Notes under the pieces: generated by a model
Told to the model about the DNA's origin: nothing
Databases searched by the model: none
The model's input: only the letters and a program-made list of their open reading frames with translations
Position numbers and translations under genes: made by a program
In this document: positions 53,836-64,000 of the stretch, piece after piece
How positions within the stretch are numbered: position 1 is the stretch's first letter
Layout: each line of letters begins with the position of its first letter
NCBI GenBank assembly: GCA_049724395.1
Contig: JAUGWO010000062.1
Coordinates: forward strand, 186,001-250,000
Length of the DNA: 64,000 nucleotides
Direction: 5' to 3'
DNA from: Spongospora subterranea f. sp. subterranea
Lineage: Eukaryota

Positions 53836-56217
53836 TCAAGCAGCTTGCATTTGAATGTGATTTTGGCTTGAATTTCTCGGTTGAGCTCCCCTTCTTCGGT
53901 TGCATAATGCACATGCACAGAGGAGGAACGACAGGATGAGCACACTTGCAACAACAACGCTGATGATTGTGCTCCATACAGGGCGCTGGGCTATTAATGA
54001 CAGATCATCAGCCACACATATAGCGTCACCAGAATTGCATGTGAATGTCTTATTGCTGGCGATTGTCGACTCAACACAATATCCAGATACACAAACTCGG
54101 GAGCTATCGATAGGGCCATTATTGCCACAAGGGGATCCATCGTTTGGGGCGTTAGACCACAACTGATCGCAAGATCGGTCTTCTGAAGAAGACCGACAGT
54201 GCAGTCTTGAACAGAGGGAGGTAGTAGGGCAGGAGCGAGCTTTAACGTCAATGGGAAATTCGGCTTTGGTCAGAGAGGCTGATCCCGGTACGTTAGCGCT
54301 GCTGCATTGTCCATCACGTGACAGGATACAGACGCCAAGATAGCAGTTGGAGGCTGCCCCCATCCAATCTGTACACATATTGGACGAGGGTAGGAATACA
54401 TCCTCGGGGCAATGACCGGACTGCCCAGAGCACGTCTCCGGCACATCGCACTGAGTGTTCTGAGTTGGACACGTTAATGATCGTCATGGGTGGAAATCTC
54501 TCAATAATTACCCTTGATGAACGGCAGACAGAACCTTTTTTTTTATATTGGCCATTGTCGCAGCATGCCTCAGAGTTGGCGCATCGGCATCGTGGGCGAA
54601 CAATTTTACAGCTTTCACAACAGTCATCCGACTGGAGTCCTGGGTCGCATTCCTCACCAGGATCAATGAATCCGTTACCACAAGTTTTTCCCAAAGGAAG
54701 TTGACGGGACGATGATAAACATGCAGCCATGTGACCATTGTTGAAAGCTGACGTAGACGAGGGCGAGAACTCTGTGGAATACGACCATGAGGATGAAGAT
54801 GGGCTCATGATGAATCCTTTGCGGTCATCGTGAGCTAGACCTAAATTATGTCCAAGCTCTACATGTAGCTCAGTGTTGTGTAAACCGTAATGAAGTTCAA
54901 GGCGACATACCGTGTGCGAAAATCTGTGCATGATACGATGGGATACGAGTTGTAGATTCGACGACACCGACAGCATTATTTCCCTCTTTGCATACCGTGT
55001 CCATAAAAGCCAGCCCCTTTATTGGGCCATCAAATCCACGCCCTGAGAACAAGTGAATCGCATCAAATGATCCGAACTATCCTGGCCAATAGATGCATTT
55101 AGTGAAATGTGGCGAAAGTAAACGTCGATAAACAGGTCCTCATTATACCTGGTTAACAAGAATTCTATGGTTGATCATGTTCCAGTCTCTGAATGTGGAT
55201 AATAGCGTTCCTGAATCAATCTCGTCTTCTCTTTTACTGGTTGATTCGCAGTCAGTTCCATCGCCGTGTGGCATGATACGCATCCATTATGCCCATCTAT
55301 TGTTGTATTGCAAGATCGGTATTCGATCTCTTCAGGAATCACAGAACGAAAAGTTAACTGGCCAACCAAGACAATTCTGACACATGTGTCGAATGATGCG
55401 GCAGCATAGTATCCATCTGAAGGGCGCAGATCATTCATAGGGACAAATCAATAATAATTACAGTCATAAATCATACCTGCAATATTCACAATGGCACTAG
55501 ATTGAAAAGTCGTCACGTTGGTCAGCAGTTCATATCTGGAAAGATCGTTCACAATCAGCACCTTTACATATTGTCAGATATTTTTTACGATTCGATGTGC
55601 TTGCGAAGTACCTGAATATACTTGATGGACTTATTATTACAGTTATCATGCTGTACTGATGCGTATCCGCTTTGTGGCATAACAGATAAAGATGACAGCT
55701 GCACACGGTTTTGGGCTTGGTCAACAGCGCCGTGCTCCATATCTCTGAGCACTGTTTGTCCATAATGTCGCGCGGCAATGTGTTGGGATTGCCCTTTTTC
55801 CCTCGTGATCCCGTATGATCCTGGATATATATGGATAACAGAAAGGTCTTTCATATGAAGCATCGCAACCATCTCTTGACCGTTTCCGGATATCGATAGA
55901 GATGCATATACTACAGGGCAGTACTCTAGTTCACGATCAGTCTCGTCCCGCCACATCTCCATATGAAGGCTATCTGCGGTTAAGTCATTTCCAATCTCAT
56001 TCAGAGATCCATCCAGTTGTCTTTCGATTGACCGATACGATGAACTAATCCATCTCGTGTTTGGCCGTGTCAAAAACGATATTGTGTGGTTGAACGCGTG
56101 AACACTGAACCACCTTCTTGCCTTATGATCCACTGTGATAACGGGACGAACCTCCTCGTGCATTTCTTGACCACAAACGCAATATACGATCATGCTCACA
56201 ATGACCATGATCATCAT
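53836..56217 (-). CDS. ADAM-like membrane metalloprotease (signal, prodomain, M12B, disintegrin, Cys-rich, TM)
   Basis: Spliced FAHELGHNLGLAHD zinc motif, Met-turn FIMSP, CGNGFIDPGEECDPG disintegrin start, C..PE.CSG.S..CP.D, DGSPCG, TM IISVVVASVLILSFLL and a short tail. Confidence 0.88.
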
Positions 56218-56379
56218 GGTCTTCGTCAGGAATTTCGAGGAAATCACTCAACGATATCGTGGGGCGTAGGGATTAGTGGATGAGATAAGAAGGGCGGAAC
56301 TATAGTGATTTTAAGATAAAGCAGCGGTTACAGGAACGATCAACTGCAGAGATAAAGTCGTGCTCCTTTGAGTCTTTAA

Positions 56380-56407
56380 GGGGTAAAGGGTGGGGGGTAA
56401 ACTGGGG
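56380..56407 (+). other. Canonical G-quadruplex motif GGGG-TAAA-GGG-T-GGGGGG-TAAACT-GGGG
   Basis: Four runs of three or more G with loops of 1-6 nt, ~160 bp upstream of the ADAM-like start. Confidence 0.6.
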
Positions 56408-57787
56408 TTTAGCGTTACCTCAGACCTAATATACTCAAACCTACCCCCTATCCGTGATTATGATCTCATCGTATCGCTCTTCGCCCTTCTCTAAATAGAT
56501 TGTGTTGTCGATCCCAGTCTGTCGTATCACAGGGTGCTCATCTTCCGAACATATTGTCACTGGTCGGAGGTGTCCGGCTGAGGACGGGGCGGTTTGGTGA
56601 GCAAGCAGGTCTTTTCAATATTTGAATGAAGCCATGGAAGGGATGATCCCTGGCAAACGTTTCCAGCAGCATAAATTTCCCTGTTGAATCTGGCCCTGTA
56701 CGTCAAGAACATCGTGTGCCGTTTTGGAACCGTGACATTCGTAGATATTTCTAACAGCAGAGTACGGCAAGACAGCATCACCCGGCCAAGTGTTGATGAT
56801 GACAATATCTCGGCCTTTGAGCATGGACAACTTCGAGGCACGTCTCGTCTTGTCAGTGAAGCGTCGTTTTCACATGTCAAGGTCGTCTTCACCCCGTCTT
56901 TTTCTACAGCACGACTGCTTTTTTCAATCCGATAGGGCACGTGGATTTTTTCTTCGCAAGCCCTGGGACATGTGTTATTGATTGTAATTGAATTAACTAA
57001 AAAAAATCAAAGGTCGTAATAGCAGTGAAACAGATTACTGTAGTTTTTCAGCTCGGTTTGCGAGTTGAAGACAATAAGCAACAGATTTCAATGGGCAATG
57101 GACGAGCTGCTTATCTAACGCCTTTTCCAATGGATTGTCAAAGGTCGCGTTTCGGAGTCCCTTGGCAAAGAATGACCCAACTCACTCAGACGGTAATGCA
57201 AGCAAATTCTCCACATGAGAAAATATCTTGATCGCCGTAGTCATGTGCACCCCAATTAGCAGCAATCCACAAGTTTGTCGTTGACAGGGTGCGGCCTGCA
57301 GTTGGTGTTACCCACCGTAACTGTGTCCGCTAATAGTGATACCCACCATGGCCCATCATTACCGACTCTCTCTCTCATCAGCGACTCCTATTTTATAATC
57401 ATATGATAACGCTATCCTAATGACTCCTTCTGTAGAATTCATATCCGATTCAGTCTCGATCGTGCTGGACGGGGATCAGACATGATCTTGCTGACCGGTC
57501 TGTTGACAGGCGCAGGTTCGCTATGTCTTTATTGCAAAAACAGATAAGGCGATGGATTAGGTTTGATGAAGGCAGTAGTAATCTCTATATGACATGTTTG
57601 ATAAACTGCTTTGTCCGCGATTTATGCTCTGATGTGGTAATGATATGCAAAGCTGCTGTATCGGGGATATCGGGTAGGATTGTCATATAGCACCATCTCC
57701 TGTTTTCTTATCACTGCTGCACTACTATGTCTCAGTTTGTATGGTGTCTGTTCAAGATAATTACTCAATATTAAGGTTGGTGGCTAT

Positions 57788-59557
57788 ATGTGTCAGGTTA
57801 AACTAATGACAATGGGTTCTCAAAACTGTATCAGGCGTTTTACTCAGCTTGTTCCATACATTCTGAAACTTATCCGTCAAGATCACTCGCGAGGTATCGC
57901 CTATTTTGGCTCGGAATGTATGTGTAGTTTCCTACTAATCCACCTCTGGTGTGCTTACGCTACCCCAGGTCTTTACAATGCCATCAAAACTGATCGCGCC
58001 AACCTGAGTAATATCGTGACCGACGTGCTTCCTCTATTGATGGACATGGCTTCTCGCGATGATCTTTTGACACGAAAGTGTGCCCACTTTCTCACTGATC
58101 TCATTAAAGATGTATTGCTGAATAGTAAACCTGTATCAGAAGTATCTGGTTTGCTCTTGATCATTGAAAATGCATTAATGATCGGAGATACCCGTTCTCG
58201 CACATTCGCCCTCAGCTGGCTCCAATTCTTGCATTCCAGTCAACAAGGCTCCATGGATTTTGCTATTCCGCTGTTATTGCCAAGACTTCAAGGTCCTGAT
58301 AATGACAATACTACATATGCAAGATTGTGTTTACAGTCTCTTTTTCAACACAACAGGTCAACTCAGTGCTTCGAAATTCTTGCGGATTATGCTGCTGACC
58401 GCGAGCAGGATCCCATCTCTAGGGCCGCCGCTTTGCAGTACTTGTCGCAAATGGTCAATGAGACATTTGACCCTTGCAATCTGTCTATGGCGGTCCATGT
58501 AGTACTGCAATGTTTAGATGACTTATATGACCGAGTTTCAGATGCAGCATTTAATGCCCATATGAAGATACTGTCATGTGCGAATCTCAAGCCAATCTTA
58601 GTCGATTTCGACAACTGCATAGGGATCCGGTCACAATCTGCTGCACTCGATCATCTTATCAGGTTTAGCAGACAAATGTCATCTCACTCTGATAGCCGCG
58701 TATCAACAAAGCTTCTGCAAATGCTATTGCGAACCTCCTCCCACCTGATTCCAACTGTTGTTGAAGTCCTCGTTCGGTTTTCACATTCAGATTCGACGCA
58801 TGATAATGTTGTTGCGAACGTTCTTTCTACAATGGCGACCGTTAAAACCGCATTTGATCCAAAACGAGCTGCAGAAATATTTGTATGTCTATCCGAGATG
58901 ATAGGGAGTGATTTGGTATACAGGGACATGGCTGACGTTATATTGCAAAACTCGCTGGTACTAAACGTCACCAATAATGTAATTCATGTACTGCAACTTA
59001 ACCTTCTATTGTCTCCGGCACTGGTCGGACTACGCTTTGCCCTGCACTCCTCAGATCCCGCCCAGTGCTCCGAGATATTTACTCATTTGTTCTCAGCGTG
59101 GGCACACAATCCTGTCGCCGCTATATTAGCCTTGCCTTGTTCTGTCGCGCCTATGAGTTGGCCTGGCTTTTGATTACCGCTATGTACGGGTCCTAAATGG
59201 GTCTCGAACTTTCAATCTGACATTGCGTTCAGGGATAGTATCGTCAAAATCTGGACGATGAACCTATTGGAGCAGATGGTGCAACTAGTGGAACTAGTCG
59301 AATCACCGGCTTTTACCAGGATCAGATTAGACCTAATCCACATTAGCGAATACCCGTTCCTGTTCAAAAGTCTTCATGGTCTTTTGGCATTAGTCCCGCA
59401 GTGCCCCTGTTTTTTTGCGGTAAATGATCGCCTATTGTACTCGGCTATAACGATGCCGTTCAATCCAGTTGTCTCTATCGAGCTCATCCCAAGTTTGGAT
59501 GCCTTCATCAACATCGACTCGCTCTATAGTTTATTCTATAAAACCCACAATTCATAA
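57788..59557 (+). CDS. VAC14: Divergent VAC14-like HEAT scaffold; apparent 1-bp frameshift near 59130; 5' end uncertain
   Basis: FALSWL, LFSAWAHNPVA, QLVELVESPAFTRIRLDL and LFKSLHGLLALVPQ match the Vac14 Fig4-binding region. Confidence 0.78.
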
Positions 59558-59572
59558 CTTCTAACGGTTCAT

Positions 59573-60591
59573 TTATTCCATATTTGCTTGCATCAATCCT
59601 TCACTAGCAAAAATGCGAGTATAGGCCGAGCTGGATTGATTGTTAATTTCATTGCACAGTTCTCGCATCGAATGGGTAATTAAAAAGATATCTAACCGCG
59701 ATGGCGGAGTTAGTGAGCCGTATCCTTTATCGGCTTGCAACTTTTGGCGGGCAGCGCTGCGTTGATAGAATTGGTATTTGCCTTGTTCTTGTGAATATTC
59801 ATGAATTGATTCTCCAAGTGCTCGCAGACTGTCCGCAACGCTCCTATGTTGGTGCATGTCTAGTCGATCAAATTCGCAAGCAACAGCACCGTTCTCACGA
59901 AGCTCATAAAGAAACGCGTGGACAAGATTAGAATTGTGAACTTTAACAGGCAGCTCCTCAAATATCGATCTTGAATCAACTTGGAATCGGTTAAACCCTT
60001 CCCTTGACTGGTCCCCGGCTTTGTAAAACCGCATGAATGCGTCAGTTAACCGATATGCACGAATAGACAATGTGCCATAGCAAGTACGTAGAGGATCATA
60101 GATGATGACTACAGATCCTGGAATATTGGTCTGATAATCAAATTGTGTGGCGACAATTGACGACCATGTATTCGATCCACCTTGGTCCTATAACAAAATA
60201 GTAAAAAAGGGTTTTGAAAGTGATAATCCAAACGTACCTGTAATAAATCGGCATTGCTTATGGACTGATACCAACCAACACTATTGCTGTCGACATTCAC
60301 TTCACGCAGCAGCTTCATCATATCTAGCTGATACTGCATATCATCACGAGCTGCCTCATCATCATCAGGGACCTCAGCGGGACCGTTCCTCTGCCAAGGC
60401 TGCTGCCGGGCAGTGGCGGCCGCTACGACATTAGCAGATGGCATGGGGAACGAGCCAGTAACCTCAAGACGCCCGGCCACATCCAGACCAAGGAGCTGTC
60501 CCGATACTGGATCAGGCAACGCCTCATGGGCATGCTTCATGATCTTGATCACTGCCAATCCATCAAGTTGCACTGATTCGAGAGCTGACAT
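59573..60591 (-). CDS. EIF3H: Translation initiation factor 3 subunit H (MPN)
   Basis: VQLDGLAVIKIMKH, GQLLGLD..LEVT.SFP, MMKLLREVNVD.N.VGWYQS, IYDP, LSIRAYRLT and IFEELPVKVHNS. Confidence 0.93.
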
Positions 60592-60894
60592 GGTGATGAT
60601 GTCCAGCACGCTAGCAGCAAATTTGGGATGTTGGACAACAATCTGGGAATTTTTCAATGTCCGCAGTCCGAACGGACTTGGGTCCGAGAGTCTGAATACA
60701 GTATAGAAAGTGAACTCGGCTCCACGTAGCTGATGATTTCACTTTACCAAAATATGGTGTAGAAGAGAGCGCATTTTCTAAATCGGTAAACTCACCATTG
60801 TTTATCCTTTGATTTTATCTATACTTGGTTGCGAGTGCATTAGCACAATATCTCGGTTTGTCAAAGTTATTCCATGTCAAAAGTCGCGTAATGT

Positions 60895-61055
60895 TTAGCG
60901 CAGCCTGCGCGATAAGTGAATTATTGATGACCAGACTGATATGGGTGTCATGACAGGTTAGCGCAGCCTGCGCGATAAGTGAATTATTGAGATGTCTCAT
61001 GTCTGTATCCCCGATAATTGACCAGACTGATATGAGTGTCGTATACATGACAGGT
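60895..61055. repeat. Short direct repeats in the divergent eIF3h/SEC3 intergenic region
   Basis: 33-bp exact repeat at 60895-60927 and 60958-60990; TGACCAGACTGATATG at 60928 and 61019. Confidence 0.9.
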
Positions 61056-61122
61056 CTTGTTACACAATATTAGTTCATTTGATTAGTGGTTTTTTACAAA
61101 AAGAGAGCGAGTTGAAAAATCG

Positions 61123-63835
61123 ATGTCTGTTGGGACTGCCACTTCATCAATTGAAGCTCTGGTCCCTGGTAAAGACTTCTCTAATGAACTTCCAGCCATA
61201 TCAATTGAAGAAGCGTCGGATATACGCAGGTACTTGCAGGAGCACAAGCTGCAGGTAGGCGAAATACATCTTCTTGAAGGTCAACTAACATTGATTACGC
61301 GAAGGCAGTAGTGCTGACTTGTACATGCAGGATTGTTATTAAATCGATTAGCAGTGATAGATGAAGAGAATATTCGAGCAATGTTCTCGGATGAAATTGC
61401 AGCTCAGTCACTTTGTAATGATGTTAGTAAAGTCCAAGATGCCACTACGAATATGGATAAATGGTTAAGGCATTATGATCGCCAATTAAACCGAATGAAG
61501 GTACCATAAAGCTGCTGCGCCACCTTTCTGATGAATTAATAATCATTGGTTAGGTGGGAATCGGGCAAATAGAGCATAGGAATAGGCTGCTTGATCTCCA
61601 AGAGAGAAATCATACTTTACTGGCAGAAACGCTCCACAATTTGCTAAAAGATCTATCGTTAGGTTGCTATTGCCCAGACAATTTTTCAGCTGCATTATTT
61701 GATGGTTTATGGTCAGCTAGTGGCACATTGACTGAATTGAAGTCACCGTCAATTCTCACGTCAAATAGTCTGCAATCCTTTCGCAAAACAATTGACGCAG
61801 CAAAAGAGCTCAATGGTTTGCTAAAACGAAGATTTTTGAATGGACTTGAGAATCTTGCTGCGGTACGAGAAAAACGTCAAGAGATGGAACAGGTATAGAG
61901 TTCAACTCAACCTGTGCAACTACTGATACCTTGAATTAGATAAGGAAAAATTTCTGTGGACACGCAGTCACTTTCTTCTCGCAATTGTTTCTAATAGAAC
62001 AAAAAAAACTTTCAGAACATAGCCATAGCGAGGAATCGGTGTTACCGAACACGGAGAAAGCGCATCTTTCTCTTGGCAAGTATGAAGAATTAATTACTGT
62101 TCTTGAATCACTAGATATGGATAGCTATATATCTGTGCGTCAACACTACATACGTCAATTCCAAATGTTGCATTTTACTCAGTTTTCTTCTTTCTTCCAA
62201 CTGCAAAAAAAATTGGTTTTAAGGGAAAAACGAGACAACGGCTTGAATTCAATGCCATTAACACATGACAATGCTACAATTTCGAAAGCGTCATCTTCAA
62301 GGTAGACACCGAATAGTTCACTCTGTTTTCACCCAATTTATTGATCAGGTCGATCAACAAAGAGAACAAAAAAGTAATAACAGATATATTCGAATCATCG
62401 CTTGAATGTATATTACCCATTCTTGGTATAATTATGCAAATTTAATTTTTTGCGCTCCTGAACTTTCTACAACCAGTTGCTGAAAAGGAGTTCTGTATGG
62501 GGTTTTTCGGGGTCAAGCAACTTGAACCTACTGATGGTGTCGCAGTTGATCAAGGGGAAGAGGTTTTTCTTACCTCTCCATGGCCACTAGTCTGCTCCTA
62601 ACATCAGCTTAGATAGACCGAAAAAATGAAGTCGACATCTTGGAAATGATGAGGCTATTATTTAAAGGATTGGAAGAGGAGCTGGTGGCGTTAGCTGATA
62701 AAGGTGACGAAATGGACCATCTTTACAGGTATCTACTTGATTCTCCCAATATTTTCGTGTGCTCAGTTATTTTCTTAAGTTTGAAGATGCTGGTGAAGGT
62801 TGAGCAACTGCAACAAGAATATGATGGTACTTGCGCGTACGTAGAGTTGCTGCTGTCCCAGCTTCGCTCCCATACGCAACTGCTTTTTAATGAATTCTCC
62901 AAAGAGCAGCTAAGTTGGATCGAAACAATAAAGGTTTGCTTAAAAATTCATAGCCGTTCGTCTTTTACATGTTGAACAATAGGTATCAGCGAAACGATGT
63001 GGCATCTTAGCACCATTTGCCAAACTACCTCCATTTATTGAAAAAATGGAGGCGGCTGCTGCTGGGCATGGTCCTAATCGCTGTGCGACTGTAGACAAAA
63101 CCTATGTTCGGATAATTGACTGTATGATTGCTTGGCTACCTCAAGTATAGTTGGTGAATTGCTTTGGCTAATGTATTGTTAACTTTTAATGGGTCTAGAT
63201 TGCCTACCAGGAGCCCAAATATACTACTCTAGTAATGATGGAGAATTCACATTTTTTCTGGCGCTTTGTCTCAGAACTGTCGATTCCATGTTTAATACCC
63301 TATCAGCGTAAAGCTTACGACATGTACAAGGAACACCGCGACCTTTATGTGTCATGGAGTGTCAAGTATGCATTCCCAAAAGTCATGGAATATTTCGAAC
63401 TCTTGGAAAACACCGCCAATAGCTTATCGTCACTCCAAGATGTACCTTTCACCCCTGGGCTATCAAAACAAGATCTTCGTACTTTACTGAAAACTTATCT
63501 CCTAAAAAAGAAGCTACAGAAAGCAGTTAATGCCATGCTACAACGCGCAGTAAAACATTTAGGGGAGAAAGGACCGCTATTGCCGTATATCTGGACATGC
63601 ATGAACGATCACTTCGTATCCAGCTTTAAAAGATTTGAGTCGCTTGTTGCACAATGTACTGTTAGCGAATGAACTTGATAGTATCAAAAATAACGAATGC
63701 TGTATTATAGGTTATCAGGCAGAAGAAATCGAATTGACCGTTGATGACATTAATGCGGCGTTCAGCTCAGGAAATGGTGAAGTTCTGCTCGAAAAATTAT
63801 CTGAATCAGCAACTTCTCGAAGCATTCATGTTTAG
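61123..63835 (+). CDS. SEC3: Exocyst subunit SEC3/EXOC1, multi-exon
   Basis: WLRHYDRQLNRMK.GIGQIEHRNRLLDLQERNH..L..L coiled coil, AVRE, KRCGILAPF, MMENSHFF and IWTCM motifs. Confidence 0.8.
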
Positions 63836-64000
63836 TTTTATAATTACACAGCGCCCTAGATATTCTACTACGACACGACAACAAACTCGAAATATCAGTA
63901 AAGTTTTATTTTTTGATTAAGTTGGGAACAATAAAGAAATGCATTGCAAAATCGCAAGTCACCGTTGACGCTGTCTCTGTTTTTTCGAGAGTGACGACCG

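Noticed and set aside
56557..57231. Gene or TE fragment between the ADAM-like gene and VAC14
   Set aside because: Short ORFs on both strands with no recognisable motif or consistent splice model.

Overview
This is a gene-dense eukaryotic nuclear region (roughly 44% GC by eye) with many short GT-AG introns of about 50-63 bp, so the ORF track splits most genes. A CFAP54-like flagellar gene, the compact layout and the small introns suggest a flagellated protist such as a plasmodiophorid; that is an inference and is not verified. Recognisable genes are ORC1, a RAP-domain protein, a dual-RING E3 ligase, BUD22/SRFBP1, an isocitrate/isopropylmalate-family dehydrogenase, a His/Asp-rich secreted protein, CFAP54, BRF1, a GRDP-ubiquitin-like fusion, PEX1, a KEA/CPA2 antiporter, a rhomboid pseudoprotease, a TRAPPC12-like protein, mitochondrial bL21, a DYRK kinase, ARPC4, an ADAM-like metalloprotease, VAC14, eIF3h and SEC3. 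Non-genic structure includes a decayed DD39D mariner-like relic, a decayed Mutator-like relic, a 20-bp minisatellite, and a ~1.75-kb tandem duplication joining the PEX1 3' half to the KEA 5' end. There is also a 2.3-kb repeat island with a 39-bp array carrying a 156-bp higher-order unit, a 51-bp array and a 50-bp near-perfect hairpin. Several 1-bp homopolymer frameshifts look like assembly errors. I see no CRISPR array and no clearly new multi-gene system. The best leads are the repeat/hairpin island, the His-rich secreted protein and the ADAM-like protease. Outer coordinates of multi-exon genes are approximate.
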